44,740 nt of DNA from Candidatus Dojkabacteria bacterium (GTDB lineage Bacteria; Patescibacteriota; Dojkabacteria; B142; OLB20). Position 1 is the first letter of the stretch. The number at the start of each line of letters is the position of its first letter. The stretch is from the NCBI GenBank assembly GCA_020429395.1, contig JAGQLL010000006.1, positions 30,549-75,288 on the forward strand, read 5' to 3'. Position numbers and translations under genes: made by a program. Of the stretch, positions 43,772 to 44,740 are shown in pieces. The notes beneath the pieces are model-generated. The model ran no database searches. It saw only the letters and a list, made by a program, of their open reading frames with translations, and had not been told where the DNA came from.

Positions 43772-44575
43772 TTATACATTAATAGCGGAATTTGAGAGAT
43801 TTGTTTTGATTCGACTGAGCATTGATTTTGGGAAGCTATATTTCAAAAATGAATATGCTATTGACTTTAATGTGAATTTTTCTAATATCGCAACAGAAAA
43901 TAGTGCACCTGTTATATTCTCTGAAATGGAAATCCATAACTTTTTAGGTAATATCACTTTTTCTTTTTTATATTCTATTTTTAATTTACCATCACTTAGG
44001 GACTTAACCTTTAAATCGGCATTCTGTTGTCCATAGCTAAAATATTTATCATCTTCAAAGTTAATTTTATTTCTAATTTTTTCAATTAATTTTTCTCTTA
44101 TGATAATTTTCCCCTCTGTGGTATTTATCTGTGTAAGGAGCCTATTTGTCAGTAGAGAATTTTCATCATAATTTAGAACAACTAAATAGTCAGGATGTAC
44201 AAATTTTGACCAATAATCTACAGTACTTTTTTTACTTGTGTCCGCGTTTATTATTAATCCTTGTGGATTTGACTTATTTTTAATCAAAGCAACAAACGCA
44301 GAAAAAATAAGATTAATCCACTCAACACTTGATCTTTGCTTGTCTTCATAACCAAGTACGTTCAATGGAATTGATAAATCCCACCATATATCTGCAATGT
44401 TTCTTCTGATATTCATTTTCTCTCTAAGAACTGTATAAAGAATCTCCTTAACAATATCAGAGCCACCGATACCTAGAATTACAATCAGTTTGATTTTATG
44501 TTTTCTTATTGCCCAACTAGACAATAAAGATAAACTCCATTTTAGTAATTGTCGAAACATTGAATTTCCTTTCAT
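43772..44575 (-). CDS. hypothetical protein, possibly a truncated Mur-ligase (MurF)-like domain with a degenerate P-loop
   Basis: KLIVILGIGGSDIVKEILYTVL sits where Mur ligases have TGSxGKTTTKE, but no GKT is present. DLSIPLNVLG resembles the NxIGxPLTLL block. It lies between murA and sigma/murE. Confidence 0.35.
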   Translation of the reverse strand: MKGNSMFRQLLKWSLSLLSSWAIRKHKIKLIVILGIGGSDIVKEILYTVLREKMNIRRNIADIWWDLSIPLNVLGYEDKQRSSVEWINLIFSAFVALIKNKSNPQGLIINADTSKKSTVDYWSKFVHPDYLVVLNYDENSLLTNRLLTQINTTEGKIIIREKLIEKIRNKINFEDDKYFSYGQQNADLKVKSLSDGKLKIEYKKEKVILPKKLWISISENITGALFSVAILEKFTLKSIAYSFLKYSFPKSMLSRIKTNLSNSAINV

Positions 44576-44740
44576 TTATAAAGCTCTCTCAATTTTAGCA
44601 CCTAATGATGAATAAACCCCAACTAAATCAGGATATCGCCTCAATAAGGAATCACTTCTATCCTCCAAAACAGTCTCACCATCAGCACTTAACGATGCTA
44701 GAAATAAAGCCATCGTAGCTTGAATAATATTTGGAGCGAA
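44576..44740 (-). CDS. murA: UDP-N-acetylglucosamine 1-carboxyvinyltransferase, C-terminal 54 codons (partial, runs off the window)
   Basis: My translation, FAPNIIQATMALFLASLSADGETVLEDRSDSLLRRYPDLVGVYSSLGAKIERAL*, aligns with the MurA C-terminus (DLRASASLVLAG..EGTTVV.RIYHIDRGYE.IE.KL.ALGA.IERV). Confidence 0.6.
   Translation of the reverse strand, partial: FAPNIIQATMALFLASLSADGETVLEDRSDSLLRRYPDLVGVYSSLGAKIERAL

Noticed and set aside
1-44740. Alternative genetic code (UGA recoded, as in some candidate phyla)
   Set aside because: TGA terminates well-supported genes at expected lengths (the ATP-grasp ORF at 2-4, mutS at 25262-25264, riboflavin kinase at 7984-7986), and conserved proteins are not broken by in-frame TGA.

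Overview
AT-rich, tightly packed bacterial chromosomal segment read with the standard code (TGA, TAA and TAG all close long ORFs). In order: an ATP-grasp / methyltransferase / PLP-enzyme operon facing a LysW-like zinc-ribbon miniprotein; tRNA-Thr; a degenerate Fic-wHTH protein; uvrC; mraY; a tRNA-Phe / tRNA-Val cluster with two aberrant hairpin-rich tRNA-Val-derived elements; riboflavin kinase; an EamA transporter; CIRCE-hrcA-grpE-dnaK; murT-gatD; a long minus-strand operon (nrdR, core-only nrdJ, orphan, NUDIX-like, tandem-duplicated 1434-aa nrdJ, nucleotidyltransferase, recO, cytidylate-kinase-like); mutS; a secreted Pro/Thr-linker protein; tRNA-Leu; a 1993-aa orphan protein followed by flavodoxin and a two-subunit 2-oxoacid:ferredoxin oxidoreductase; a 114-nt structured tandem repeat; miaA; a membrane protein; murE; a sigma factor; a degenerate Mur-ligase-like protein; and the 3' end of murA. 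I saw no integrase, transposase, CRISPR array or rRNA. Shortened housekeeping proteins, weak or absent Shine-Dalgarno sequences, tRNAs without encoded CCA and the giant ORFan suggest a small-genome CPR/Patescibacteria-like organism, but this is inference only. The most unusual items are: (1) three intact class II RNR catalytic cores in one probably NrdR-controlled operon, two fused in one polypeptide, with an orphan and an atypical double NUDIX-like protein between them; (2) the tRNA-Val-derived ornate elements; (3) a conserved structured leader upstream of two tRNA(-like) 5' ends; (4) the 114-nt repeat with a compensatory base change; (5) the LysW-like cluster; (6) the giant ORFan.
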